NCBI GenBank assembly: GCA_002104945.1
Contig: MCFH01000039.1
Span: forward strand, 310,001-374,000
Direction: 5' to 3'
From: Piromyces finnis finn
Lineage: Eukaryota > Fungi > Neocallimastigomycota
Length of the DNA: 64,000 bases
Shown: piece by piece, positions 53,201 through 64,000 of the stretch
How positions within the stretch are numbered: position 1 is the stretch's first letter
Layout: every line of letters starts with the position of its first letter
Program-made: the position numbers and the translations under genes
The notes under the pieces: generated by a model
Told to the model about the DNA's origin: nothing
Seen by the model: only the letters and a program-made list of their open reading frames with translations
Databases searched by the model: none

Positions 53201-55881
53201 ATACCCAAAAATCGTTCAACAGTAACAAATCAAATAGTATTGCTATTATTGGTATGGGTTTACGTCTTCCAGGTGCTATCAATAGTGACAAGTCTTTATG
53301 GTCTACTTTAGTTAAAGGCAGAGACTGTATTACAGCTATTCCAAAGGATAGAAAATTACATGAAAACTATGTTGATAAGCAAAGTAGTGAATTAAACATG
53401 GGTGAACATAATGTTAAGCGTTGTGGCTACTATGACTCCCGTTCAAGTGGTAAAAAGATTTCTCAATTCGATGCAGAATTTTTCAATTGCCTTCCGGATG
53501 AAGCTATTGGTCTTGATCCAAAGCATCGTTGGATCTTAGAAACAAGTTGGGAAGCTCTTGAAAATGCTGGTATTTCACCTGAATCCCTTGAAAATACCGA
53601 TACAGGTGTTTTTGTTGGTATTGGTGATCAACAAGAACATGTCAAGTTTATGCAAGAATGTCAAAAGGAAAAAGTTGTTGCCCATCACAATAGTAATCCA
53701 TCAGCTATTGCTGGACGTTTAAGTTACTTTTACAAACTTTATGGTCCATCTGTTACTGTTGATACAGCTTGTTCCACTGGTGCAACAGCTCTTCATACTG
53801 CCTGTCGTTCTATGATTTTCGGTGATTGTAACCTTTCCATTGTGACCGCCTCCAAATTCTTATTCTATTCAGAAGAATTTGAAATGACAAGTAAGGCAAG
53901 AATGACTTCTCCATCTGGTCGTTGTGCTACTTTTGATAAGAATGCTGATGGTTATGTCCCAGCTGAAGGTTGTGTAACCTTTATATTAAAACGTTTAGAA
54001 GATGCTGAACGTGATAAGGATCATATTCTTGGTGTAATTCTTGGTACTAGTAGTGGTCAAAGTGGTTTCCGTCAATCCATTAGTGTTCCTTCATCAGAAG
54101 GTCAAGCTCGTAATATTGAACGTGCTATGGCAGTTGCTGGTGTTCAACCTTCTGACATATCTTACATTGAAGCACATGGTACTGGTACACCATATGGGGA
54201 TGCCATTGAAATTCAAGGTATTAATCAAGTTTATGCTGGAAGCCACACCTCGGAACATCCATTAGTCATCGGTAGTATCAAGACAAATATTGGACATACA
54301 GCTGAAACTGCTGGTTTAGCTAGCATTGCCAAGGTTTTATTAGCTATGAAGAATAAAACTATTCCAAGAAATCTTCATTTCAAGAACCTTAATCCTGAAA
54401 TTGACTTGGGAGTTGTTCCACTCTCCGTCCCAACACATAATGTGAAATGGGAAACTGTTGATGGTAAACCAAGAACAGCTTTGGTATCTTCTTATGGTTT
54501 ACAAGGTAGTGCTGTTAATATTATTCTACAAGAATACGTTCCACCACAAAATAGGGAAGTTGAAGATGTTACCGATAAGTCTGTTGAAAAACAATTAAAC
54601 AGTGATATCATTGGTATCAAAGAAAAATCTTTGTTAACCATTAGTGCCAAAGATAAGATAGCTTTACTTGATTTATGTAATAAATATAGTAATATTTTAG
54701 ATTCCATGAATAATGATGAAAGTATCCAAAATCTTTGTTATACCAGTAATGTTGGTCGTCAACACTTTGAAAATCGTATAGTGGCTGTTGGTGAAGACGT
54801 TGAAACATTATCAGACAATCTTCAAAAAGTCATGGATAAAATATTTGATGATGAAGTCAAGGTTGAATCTTTTGGTAAGAAGAGAGTTTTCAAGAATACT
54901 GGTATGTCCTTCACTAGTTACTACCAACAACCTAACCTTATCACTGATGAAATGTATAAATTTTCTTGCTATCTCTACCGTACTCAACCTGTCTATGCTA
55001 AAGCCTTAGAAGAATGTGATAAGATTATCACTGAGTTAAGTAACTTTAAGATTTTATTGGTCAATTTGGTTATTTGTATGGGCGAATTGATACAACCAGA
55101 ATTATTACAAGAATACAAAAAGCAAGTAGATGAAGATCCATGTATGGCTCAATTCATTGCTCTTTCCATGAACTATGCTTTAATAAAACTTTTAGAACAT
55201 TTATCTATTTCACCAAATCTTGTTGTGGGTTATAAATTTGGTGAAATTACAGCTGCTCTTGCCTGTGGTAAGATTTCTTTGAGAAATGCTTTCCTTATTA
55301 TTCATTACATTTGTAAAATAATTCGTAAGAATATCCAACTTTCTGATGAAACTATTACTTCAGATATCACTCAATTAATGATTATAAAGGATGAATCGAA
55401 GGCATTTTCATCTGCAAAGAATAATGATTATTCCTACAGAATGGAACATAGTCAATCCTTTTATTCTTCCATTCATCAACAGGTATTTTCAAAGGGTCAA
55501 AATCTCAATGGAGATTATTGGGTTAAATTTGTCAAGTCTATGATTTCTAAGGAAGAAGACCACAATACCTCTATGATAAACCAATACAAAAAAGCTATTG
55601 AAAAGTTTAACAGTGATCTCTGTCTTTTTATTCATACCTCTTTTATGGAAGGTCTTGACTTTTCAGATACCATGGTTCATTGTCCACTTTATGGTTACAA
55701 AGAATCCCAACCAAACGATAACTTTATTAATATTATTTGTAAACTCTACAAAATAGGTAAAACCATTTCATGGAATCATTTCCATCAACGTCTTAATTAT
55801 GAAACTCAAAAACCTCATGTATTAGATAAAGTTTCATTACCAATGTATCCATTCCAAAGAAAGCATTTCTGGCCTATGTAA
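50247..55881 (+). CDS. NRPS-like/PKS hybrid: adenylation - thiolation - ketosynthase - degenerate acyltransferase (about 1681 aa); exons 50247-50314, 50640-51304, 51440-51711, 51841-55881
   Basis: GT-AG introns with matching phases join the supplied ORFs. A-domain motifs TGGAP, YGSSEGG, FKTNDIF, SRVDDII; carrier GIDSL; KS DTACS, EAHGTGT, KTNIGH; AT relic GYKFG; post-AT linker LPMYPFQRKHFW. Exon 1 is inferred. Confidence 0.88.
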
Positions 55882-57448
55882 ATCGTTTTTGTAAAAATAT
55901 ATATATATATATATATACCAGATAATCAACATTGTGAAGATATTTATTAATATTTCAAAGAAAAAAAATATTTTTTTTTTCTAATTCTATTAAATATAGT
56001 TGAAATTTATAAATTTTATTTTCTATATTATTATTATTATTATTATTATAGACAATTTAGAATATAAATTATTCAAATTATTATTTTTATATATAAAAAA
56101 AATATACAAAATAAAATATTTCAAAAAAATAAAATAAAAAAGAATTATTGTTGTTAATAATATTATAAAAAATATTTATTTTTTTTTTTGTTTAAATCAA
56201 TAAAAATAAAATCAATCAAAAACCATCCATCAATTAAAAAAAAAAAAGTGTATCATTTTATCGGGTAATAAGGAAAAATAAAGAGTGAAAGAGGATTCTT
56301 TTTTTTTTAAAAAAAAAAAAAAAAGGGAATAATAATAGGATTAAAAATAAAATAACGGTGAACAAACAGTCATGGTGAATACTTTTAATAATAAAGGAAT
56401 CATTCTTTTTTTTTTAAGTTCAATTAGTTAATGACAAATCAAATGGATAATCCTTGTGAAAACATTAATGAACGTATATATAATTTTTTATTCTAATGTA
56501 TGTAAAAAAAAAAAAAAATTTAATTCCTTTCCTCGGAGGAGAAAATTTAGCAATAATGATAATTCAAAGGAATGAAAAAAAAAAACTTTACAAGTAACAT
56601 TTTTTTTTTTTTTTTAGTTTATTTTAATATAAAAAAAAAAAAAAAAAAAAATAATTTCCATTATTTAATTATAATAATTATTTAAAGCTTATTTTAAATT
56701 GGGAGATAAAATGAAAAATGAAATAAAGAAAGAAATAAAGGTAAAAACGGTTCGGAAAAAAGTTGGAAAAAATAAAGATTATTTTTCATTTTTTTATGTC
56801 TTTATATTTTAATTTTTTTTTTTTTAATTCAATACATTTGTAGAGAAACTTTTACCAAAAATTCAATACTATTTTAGAATAATAATAATAATAAAAAGGA
56901 ACAAAATTTCTTTTATAAATAATAATACAATTAAAAAATCTGATGAAAAAAAAAAAAAAAAAGACAAAAACTTTAAATTATTTTAGATAAACAAAGTTAA
57001 TGAAAGAAAATTGACAAATTAAAAATAAAGTTTTTGGTAATTAACATGAAATTATTATAATGAAAGAAAAGTAAAATAAAATGAAAAAAAAAAAAAAAAA
57101 AAAAAAAGATAAATAATAAATCTATTAAAAGGAAATTCATACCAATTAAATTTTTATGAATAATAATTATATAATTATATTTTTATCGTAATTCTAATAA
57201 CTATTCTAATTATTATTATTTTTATTTTTATTTCTTCATTTTTTTTTATAATATTGAAAAATTATATATTCATTTTTTTTAAGGCTAAAAGATCATATTG
57301 TAATATTGTATATATAATAAATAATACTTGTAATAATTATATAGTAATCAAAATTTAACTTGTATTTTAATTAAAAAAAAAATACTATACCAGTATTAAT
57401 ACCCACTTTTTTTTTTAAATAAAAGATAATATATAAAAATAAAGGAGA

Positions 57449-58324
57449 ATGCTTAAATCAAGTATTTTTGCATTTGTAGCAGCATCATTAATATGTAGAT
57501 GCTATAGTAATGAATATAAAGAATATAATTTTGATGTAAATACTAAATGTCGAGTTATAGGGGAAGAAAAAGATTTAGAGCTTTATGAAAACAAGAAAAA
57601 TCCGTCTGTATTGTCTTATTCAAATTTCTTTTTTGATATCGATGGTGCTGGTGGTCATAATCTTTATACCGTTGAGTATTGTGAATGTTATACAGAAACA
57701 GGAAATTGTAGATTAGCTACTGGATTTGATAAAAATGATTCTATTACTGTTGGTTACAGCAGAGCCATTATTGAATTTGAAATGGATAAAAAAGATGATA
57801 TAAAAAATGAAACATACGACAGTCTTTTCAAGAAACATCAAACGGAATTCAATTTGCCCAGCAATTATAAACATAATAAAGATTTGGATGAAATCTTTTT
57901 TTCAAATATATATGAAACAACAAGTAGTGATGGTAACACATATATTGGGGAACATGCTGTCTATGAATCTGTAAAAGATGTCATCGATAAAAATTATAAA
58001 TTCCCAATTTATTATACAGTCAATAAGACAGAAGAAGGTTCAATAGTAAGAGTAGATACTAAAACGACCGTAAAGATCGGTGAATTTAAGGTTGCTAGTA
58101 TTATTGAATGTCTCAGTTATTATGACGGTACACAACAAGTTTCAAAGAAAAATATTTATGGCAGGGAAGGTTTTAAAATTAATGAATTAGATTGTACCTG
58201 GGGTAATCAAACCTATCAAATGGAACAAATAGAATCTGAAAGTAATTCGGATCATATTTTTCAAATGAATATTATTGTTTTACTTTTCCTAATTTCTCTT
58301 TGTTATGTGGTTACCAATATCTAA
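57449..58324 (+). CDS. Secreted or surface protein of unknown function (N-terminal signal, hydrophobic C-terminal tail)
   Basis: 291-aa intronless ORF; MLKSSIFAFVAASLIC signal-like start; Cys pattern; terminal IIVLLFLISLCYVVTNI. Confidence 0.75.
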   Translation: MLKSSIFAFVAASLICRCYSNEYKEYNFDVNTKCRVIGEEKDLELYENKKNPSVLSYSNFFFDIDGAGGHNLYTVEYCECYTETGNCRLATGFDKNDSITVGYSRAIIEFEMDKKDDIKNETYDSLFKKHQTEFNLPSNYKHNKDLDEIFFSNIYETTSSDGNTYIGEHAVYESVKDVIDKNYKFPIYYTVNKTEEGSIVRVDTKTTVKIGEFKVASIIECLSYYDGTQQVSKKNIYGREGFKINELDCTWGNQTYQMEQIESESNSDHIFQMNIIVLLFLISLCYVVTNI

Positions 58325-58676
58325 GAATTTTTAAAAATGGATAAAGGATCTTAACACTATTTTTATTAACATTTATAAAATACTTTTTACCTATCTATAC
58401 ATGTATCTATTTATTTACTTATTTATTTAAAATTGATAAGATGAATATAATTTTTAAAAATAAAAAAATTGTAATAGTTAAAAACATTAACACTAAAATA
58501 ATATTAATAAATGAGAAAGAATGAATAAAATAAAATAACTTGAAATTAATTAGTATAAATGTGCTTAAATAGAAAAAAATAAATATTTTATTTTTATCCA
58601 TAATAAAGGTGACTTTTCTTATTATTATCATTAATAAGAAATTAATTTATTTATATTAAAATTTTTAAGTTTTTTT

Positions 58677-58711
<35 letters not shown>

Positions 58712-58735
58712 TATATATATATATATAACAATAAA

Positions 58736-59503
58736 ATGCCGAAAATTCCTTCATTGAAATCTTTTTCAAATAATAAATCAAAAGATGACATACCAATACC
58801 CCCATTTAATCATACTATGCCTCCACCTTCAACATTCACACATTCTAATAAAAATATTGGAGAACAATTACAATTATTTCATCAACAACATTTTATGACT
58901 CCAACATTACCTATAAATTTATTTATGCCATATCCATTCCATCCTTTGAACAATAATACGTCAATAAATTCAAATCAATCATTTCCACTTAATCAAGGTA
59001 CTAATGAAGAAATAAATAGTGAAGAAGAAGAAGAAGAATATGACGAAAATTTTGAAAAAGAAATTTCTACATCTGGAAGCAATAAAAATAAAATATCTTT
59101 TGTTTTATCAAAAGAAACCATTGAAATGTTTCGTCATTCTGAACTTTATCGTAAAAAATGTAAAGAAATTTATATGTTATTATTATTATTATTATTATTA
59201 TTGTTATTATTCTCTTTTTATTAATATATACATGTCTTATTAAATCATATATATTGAATTTAAATTAAATAAATGTACATAGTAAAAGAAGAACAAGAAA
59301 AAGAAGAAGAGCGACGTTTACAAAAGGAAAAAGAAGAGGAACAAAGACTCTTAAAGATTTATCAAGAACATAATAAAGGATATGAAGAACATTTGGAAAT
59401 CTATGGTGATTTTAAACTAAAATTAATGGAGGATACACTTAACGAAGAATTTAAAAAAAAAAATATGGGTGAGCTGTGGCCTATTTTACCTTTAAATGAA
59501 TAA
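58736..59503 (+). CDS. Probable Gemin8 (SMN complex) homologue; exons 58736-59159 and 59283-59503 (214 aa)
   Basis: GT-AG intron in phase. An acidic run precedes FVLSKETIEMFRHSELYRKKL, then a charged helix, YGDFKLKLMED and terminal WPILPL, recalling the Gemin8 C-terminus (..LYG..IxAME...WPxIPL). Confidence 0.55.
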
Positions 59504-60231
59504 ATTAATAAGAAATTAAATAGAATAAAATTTAAGAAATATTTATGGAAATCGTATTTTTAAAAAAGAAAAATTACAAACTTTTTTTTTTTTTATTTTA
59601 TTTAATTGAACTATATATATATTAATCTTTTTAAAATTTTTCAATCAAATTTAATCATATTTATTTTGAAAAAAAAAAAAAGGAAAAAGAAAATGTATTA
59701 ATATTTTTTATTATAAGAAAAGCAATAATTATCTCAACTTTATGCTTTTATTTATAAAATTAAATTTCAATATACCCACATTTTCTATTAATAGATAAGT
59801 TATAATATATGTAAATAAATCAATACTAAATAAAATAGCCATTTATTTTTATATTGCAATATTATTTATTTATTTATTATTATCACTATTATCGCTATTG
59901 TTGTTATTCTTTAATACTGTTTTTATATGTATCGTTTTTGATTATAATATTTTACAAGTTTTTTTTTTTTTTTTAATATGAACATTTTAATAGAGTAGTC
60001 AATTTAATTCTATTATTTTACCAAAACTATTATAATAAATAGTTGTTTTTTTTTTAAGGTAATAATAGGATTTAAAATTTACATAAGATTTAATAATAGA
60101 TATTACAAATTGATATATTATAAACTTTTATCAATGGGATTTGAAAATGTAAAAAAAAAAAATTTCATCTTTTAATTTTATTATTATTTATTTATTTATT
60201 TGATAATAACAACAACAACAATAATAAAAAC

Positions 60232-61398
60232 TTATTCATAGCATTGTTCTAAGATGTGTAAGATTTCTTCGTGATTTAACTTCTTGTATGCTCCACCTAA
60301 AATAGAAGAATTAGCAATTAAAGGTAACATTTCACGAGTACAACCAATATCCTTAAGCTTGGTGACCATACCACAGTCTTTGGCAAATTGTTCTAAACAA
60401 TCAATACCTTCACGGGCAATTTCATCTTTAGTTTTACCTTGACCATCAACATTCCAAATAACTTGAGCAAATCTTACGAATTTATCTAAACCATACTTAT
60501 AGATGTAACGATAATATGGCATAGAAATACAACATAATCCCATACCATGTGGAGTATCAGCATAAGCACCTAACTGATGTTCAATAGCATGTACCTCCCA
60601 ATCCTGAGACTTTGAACAACCAACAAGAGTATTAAGAGCTAAAGTGGCACACCACATAATATTACTTCTAGCTTCATAGTTTGTTTGGTCAGCAATAGCA
60701 ATTTTAGCAGAATGAATGACACTTTTTAAAAGTCCTTCGATCATATAATCAGAAGTATTGTCATCATTACCAGAAAAGTATTGTTCCATAAGATGAGACA
60801 TAACATCAAAAATACCACTAACCATTTGGAATTTAGGAACTGTAAAAGTAAATTCAGGATTTAAAATAGAAAATTTTGGGAAGCATTCAACTGGGAATTT
60901 ACGAACCTCTTTAATCATTTGTTTGACATCACGAATTACACTACCACCATTCATTTCACTACCGGTACCGACCATTGTTAAAATAGAAGCTACTGGAATA
61001 GTTTTATTGGTGACAGGTTCTCTTCTAATCCAGTAACGGTTAAAGACTTCCCCTTCACAATAAGCAGTTGCGGAAATACCTTTTGCACAATCAATGACAC
61101 TACCACCACCAACTGCTAAAATTAAATCAACTTCATTTTCTTTAGCTAATTTGGAACCCTCTAACATTTTATCGAGAGTAGGATTAGCTGTTACATTACC
61201 AAATTCAATAATTTTTTTATTACATTTATTAAGGATGGCAATGACCTTTTCATAAATTCCATTTTTTTTAATAGAACCTCCACCATAAGTAAATAAAATT
61301 TTTTCACCAAAATTATTTAATTCTTCCTCTAATTTATCTAAAGAATTTTTACCAAAGATAATTTTGGTTGGATTATAAAAAGTGAAATCAATTATCAT
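60232..61398 (-). CDS. Iron-containing alcohol dehydrogenase, butanol dehydrogenase (BdhA/B, YqhD-like)
   Basis: FTFYNPTKIIFG, YGGGSIK, ANPT, AVGGGSVIDCAK, GTGSEMN, D..SH..EQY, HAIEH, HGMGL; intronless, 388 aa. Confidence 0.92.
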   Translation of the reverse strand: MIIDFTFYNPTKIIFGKNSLDKLEEELNNFGEKILFTYGGGSIKKNGIYEKVIAILNKCNKKIIEFGNVTANPTLDKMLEGSKLAKENEVDLILAVGGGSVIDCAKGISATAYCEGEVFNRYWIRREPVTNKTIPVASILTMVGTGSEMNGGSVIRDVKQMIKEVRKFPVECFPKFSILNPEFTFTVPKFQMVSGIFDVMSHLMEQYFSGNDDNTSDYMIEGLLKSVIHSAKIAIADQTNYEARSNIMWCATLALNTLVGCSKSQDWEVHAIEHQLGAYADTPHGMGLCCISMPYYRYIYKYGLDKFVRFAQVIWNVDGQGKTKDEIAREGIDCLEQFAKDCGMVTKLKDIGCTREMLPLIANSSILGGAYKKLNHEEILHILEQCYE

Positions 61399-62030
61399 CT
61401 ATTAATTTATTATTGTCCATTTGTTGTACACCATTATTATTTTATTTTATTTTATTTTATTTATTGATAATTAATAATACATTTATAAATAATTCAATTC
61501 AATTAATAATATTATTATTTCTTTGTTTATATAATTTAATGTTAAAAAAAAAAAGTCTTTTTTATACCTCTTATTATTAATATTTAATTTTATTTTATTT
61601 TATTTTTTATTTTATTTTATTTTATTTTTTTTTGTAATTTTAATAAGTAAAAATAAAAATTATTTTTTTAATTTATATTTTATCATAATTATGAAAAAAT
61701 TTAATTAATAAATGAAAACTTAAATTATTAATAAAATTTATTTATTAATAATTACATAAATTAAATTAAAATGGTCATCATGAAATAACGTGATTAAAAT
61801 TATGATATGAAATATTATATAAAACTCTAATTATTAATAAAAATATTTTATTAATAATTACATAAAATAAATTAAAATAGTCATGTAATAATGTGACTAA
61901 AAGCATGATACGGATTAATTTTATGTAGAAAGAATTAAATTTTAAATAATATATGTGTTATAATATCATAACTTAATAAACTTTAATTATTAATGATTAA
62001 TAATACATTAGTAATAATTATTAATGCACA

Positions 62031-63360
62031 TGTTCTAAGAATATCCATGTACATGATTTTTAGTAATAGATTAAGCCACATATTATAGTATAAATTTATT
62101 GAATTTTGAATTAATTAATTCCTTGTAATTACCTATTTATATTTATTATAAATAAACTTTATTAATAAAATCAACCTAAAATAAAAATAACAGATTAAGA
62201 GTCTCAGCTTAAACTACAGACATGTCTTCAACCAATATCAATTTTTCCTGTGACAAGCTAGTAGGTTGTGAAAACTTCCCCATCTGGTACATCACAATCA
62301 ACGATTATCTCAAATCCTTAAAATTAAACTTGTACATTGAAACCAATGTTACAAGTAACATTACCGATCCCACTACCGAAATGGATCACAATGCCAATGA
62401 TGCGAAGGCCATCATCATTATTCTAACAAATATAATAGACAAAATTAAATAATTACATTAAGGATTGTGCTACCGCTTATGAAAAAAATGGAAAAGCAGA
62501 AATCTCTATATGAAGTTGATAAGGCCACCTTTTGTGGTATGTGGATGAAAAGACTATACTCAATCCGCGCATAATCTGTCCGAGACACAATGGAAATAAT
62601 AAACGAAATTCTGGAGTTATTTAAATTGTTGAAAGAATCATCAATGGAGCCTCCAAAAATTGAGCAAATTACTATAATGTATGACGTATTACCGAAGGAA
62701 CTTAAATCAATTGTTACATACAGTTCTTCCAATACGGCCGAGGAATTTTATGAAGAAATTAAAGATAAATATTCCATTCTTTCTTATCGAATGGATAGGG
62801 GTGAACCTTTTTATACAAATCTCAATATAAATCGTTATAAGAATAACTCAATTTATAAGAATAACCAATCAAATCAAGAATATGAAGATAAAATGGATAT
62901 TGATAATATTGAAAGAAGAAGAAAAGATATATCATATATTACATATAAAAAAACTCAAAAATCAACTAAAACCTGTTTTATTTGCAACAAGCAAGGACAT
63001 TTGGCAAAGGATTGCTATTTTAATCCATGCGGCACAAATAAAAGAAATAGTAGATCTCGCAACTATTTCAATAACAACAATAATAATAACGTAAAAAACA
63101 GAATGAACAATAAAAGAAACACCAACAACAAAGGAAATTACAACAGAAAACGAAGCAAGAATTATAACACAATTAGCAATATTGAAAAGGAATATACACC
63201 CTCTTATGAAGAAATCAATTTTATGTATGGCAACAATATTGACAGTATAGAATATGATAAAGAAAAAATAATTGATAATCTATGCGATAACAACATAAAC
63301 TATCATTCAGAAAATGATTGTAAAGATATCATACGTCTCTGTTTGATATCTTTAATGTAA
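62031..63360 (+). mobile_element. Degenerate Ty1/Copia relic (putative short 5' LTR about 62031-62192 and frameshifted gag)
   Basis: KLVGCENFPIW, NDAKAIIIILTNI, KDCATAYE, ITIMYDVLPKELKSIV and CFICNKQGHLAKDC in shifting frames; no intact pol follows. LTR limits are uncertain. Confidence 0.7.
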
Positions 63361-64000
63361 CTTAAGCCACAAGTATTATTGTTTAAGTTACACAAATTAT
63401 ATTACAGAAAAAGAAAATGAGACATAATTTATTTATTAATAATTAAAGTTTAAAACAAAATAAATTATTAGTTTATTTTTAATGTTTAACAAGTAAATTA
63501 ATATTCTCAATGTAAATCCCTAGTTTTAGTATTGTTTTTTCATAGAAATAGATAAATAATATATAAATAATAAATGATTAATATATCAATAATACATGGG
63601 CACATATTCAAATTAAATAGTACTTAATTTGAATTGCCAATTGTATTTTACTAAAAATAGTTATAGTTTAAATATTTATTAATAATTAAAATTTTAATGT
63701 AGATTTTAAATAATAATATATTTTAAATAAATAGTTATAATATAATATAAATGTATTTAGGAAAAATATAAATAGAAGATATTTTTCATCATTTTGGTCG
63801 ATGTAATTGTTATTAATAAAATTTCTATTATAATAAAAGATATTTTTATAAAAACAATTTTTCTTTTTTCTTATTTAAATTTTAGTGCTATTGTAATAGA
63901 ATAGATATCCTAATCTATTCTTCCAGTGTTCAACATTACAATGATATGCGCGTGACCAATGAAATAAATATATTAAATACAGAATACTCTTTTCCAGAAC

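Noticed and set aside
57449-61398. Biosynthetic gene cluster around the NRPS-PKS hybrid
   Set aside because: Neighbours are splicing and SMN housekeeping genes, an unknown secreted protein and an ADH. No transporter, regulator or clear tailoring enzyme is present.
62193-62208. Copia-type internal tRNAi-Met PBS (GATTAAGAGTCTCAG versus GGTTATGGGCCCAG)
   Set aside because: Position after ...AATAACA is suggestive, but there are too many mismatches to call it.

Overview
Extremely AT-rich, intron-containing eukaryotic DNA. It is almost certainly from an anaerobic gut fungus (Neocallimastigomycota), judged from a GH43 enzyme ending in tandem fungal dockerins and a bacterial-type iron alcohol dehydrogenase. 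1-12.7 kb holds three decayed LINE copies from two subfamilies and an ankyrin pseudogene. 13.3-15.8 kb is a cellulosomal GH43-CBM13-dockerin gene. 18.3-40.2 kb is the most striking region: two head-to-head tRNA genes (Thr-TGT, Ile-TAT) separated only by LTR-retrotransposon DNA. Four Ty3/Gypsy-type insertions appear stacked at essentially one position 14-15 bp upstream of tRNA-Thr, linked by shared 4-bp target duplications and ageing with distance from the tRNA. The youngest is a gag + -1 frameshift + protease element with no RT, RNase H or integrase, and it is itself interrupted by an apparently self-priming chromovirus. 41-64 kb contains host genes: CDC5/CEF1, an unusual A-T-KS-pseudoAT NRPS-like/PKS hybrid, a secreted unknown protein, a probable Gemin8 and a butanol-dehydrogenase-like ADH, followed by a Copia relic. 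All alignments were made by eye and no database searches were run.
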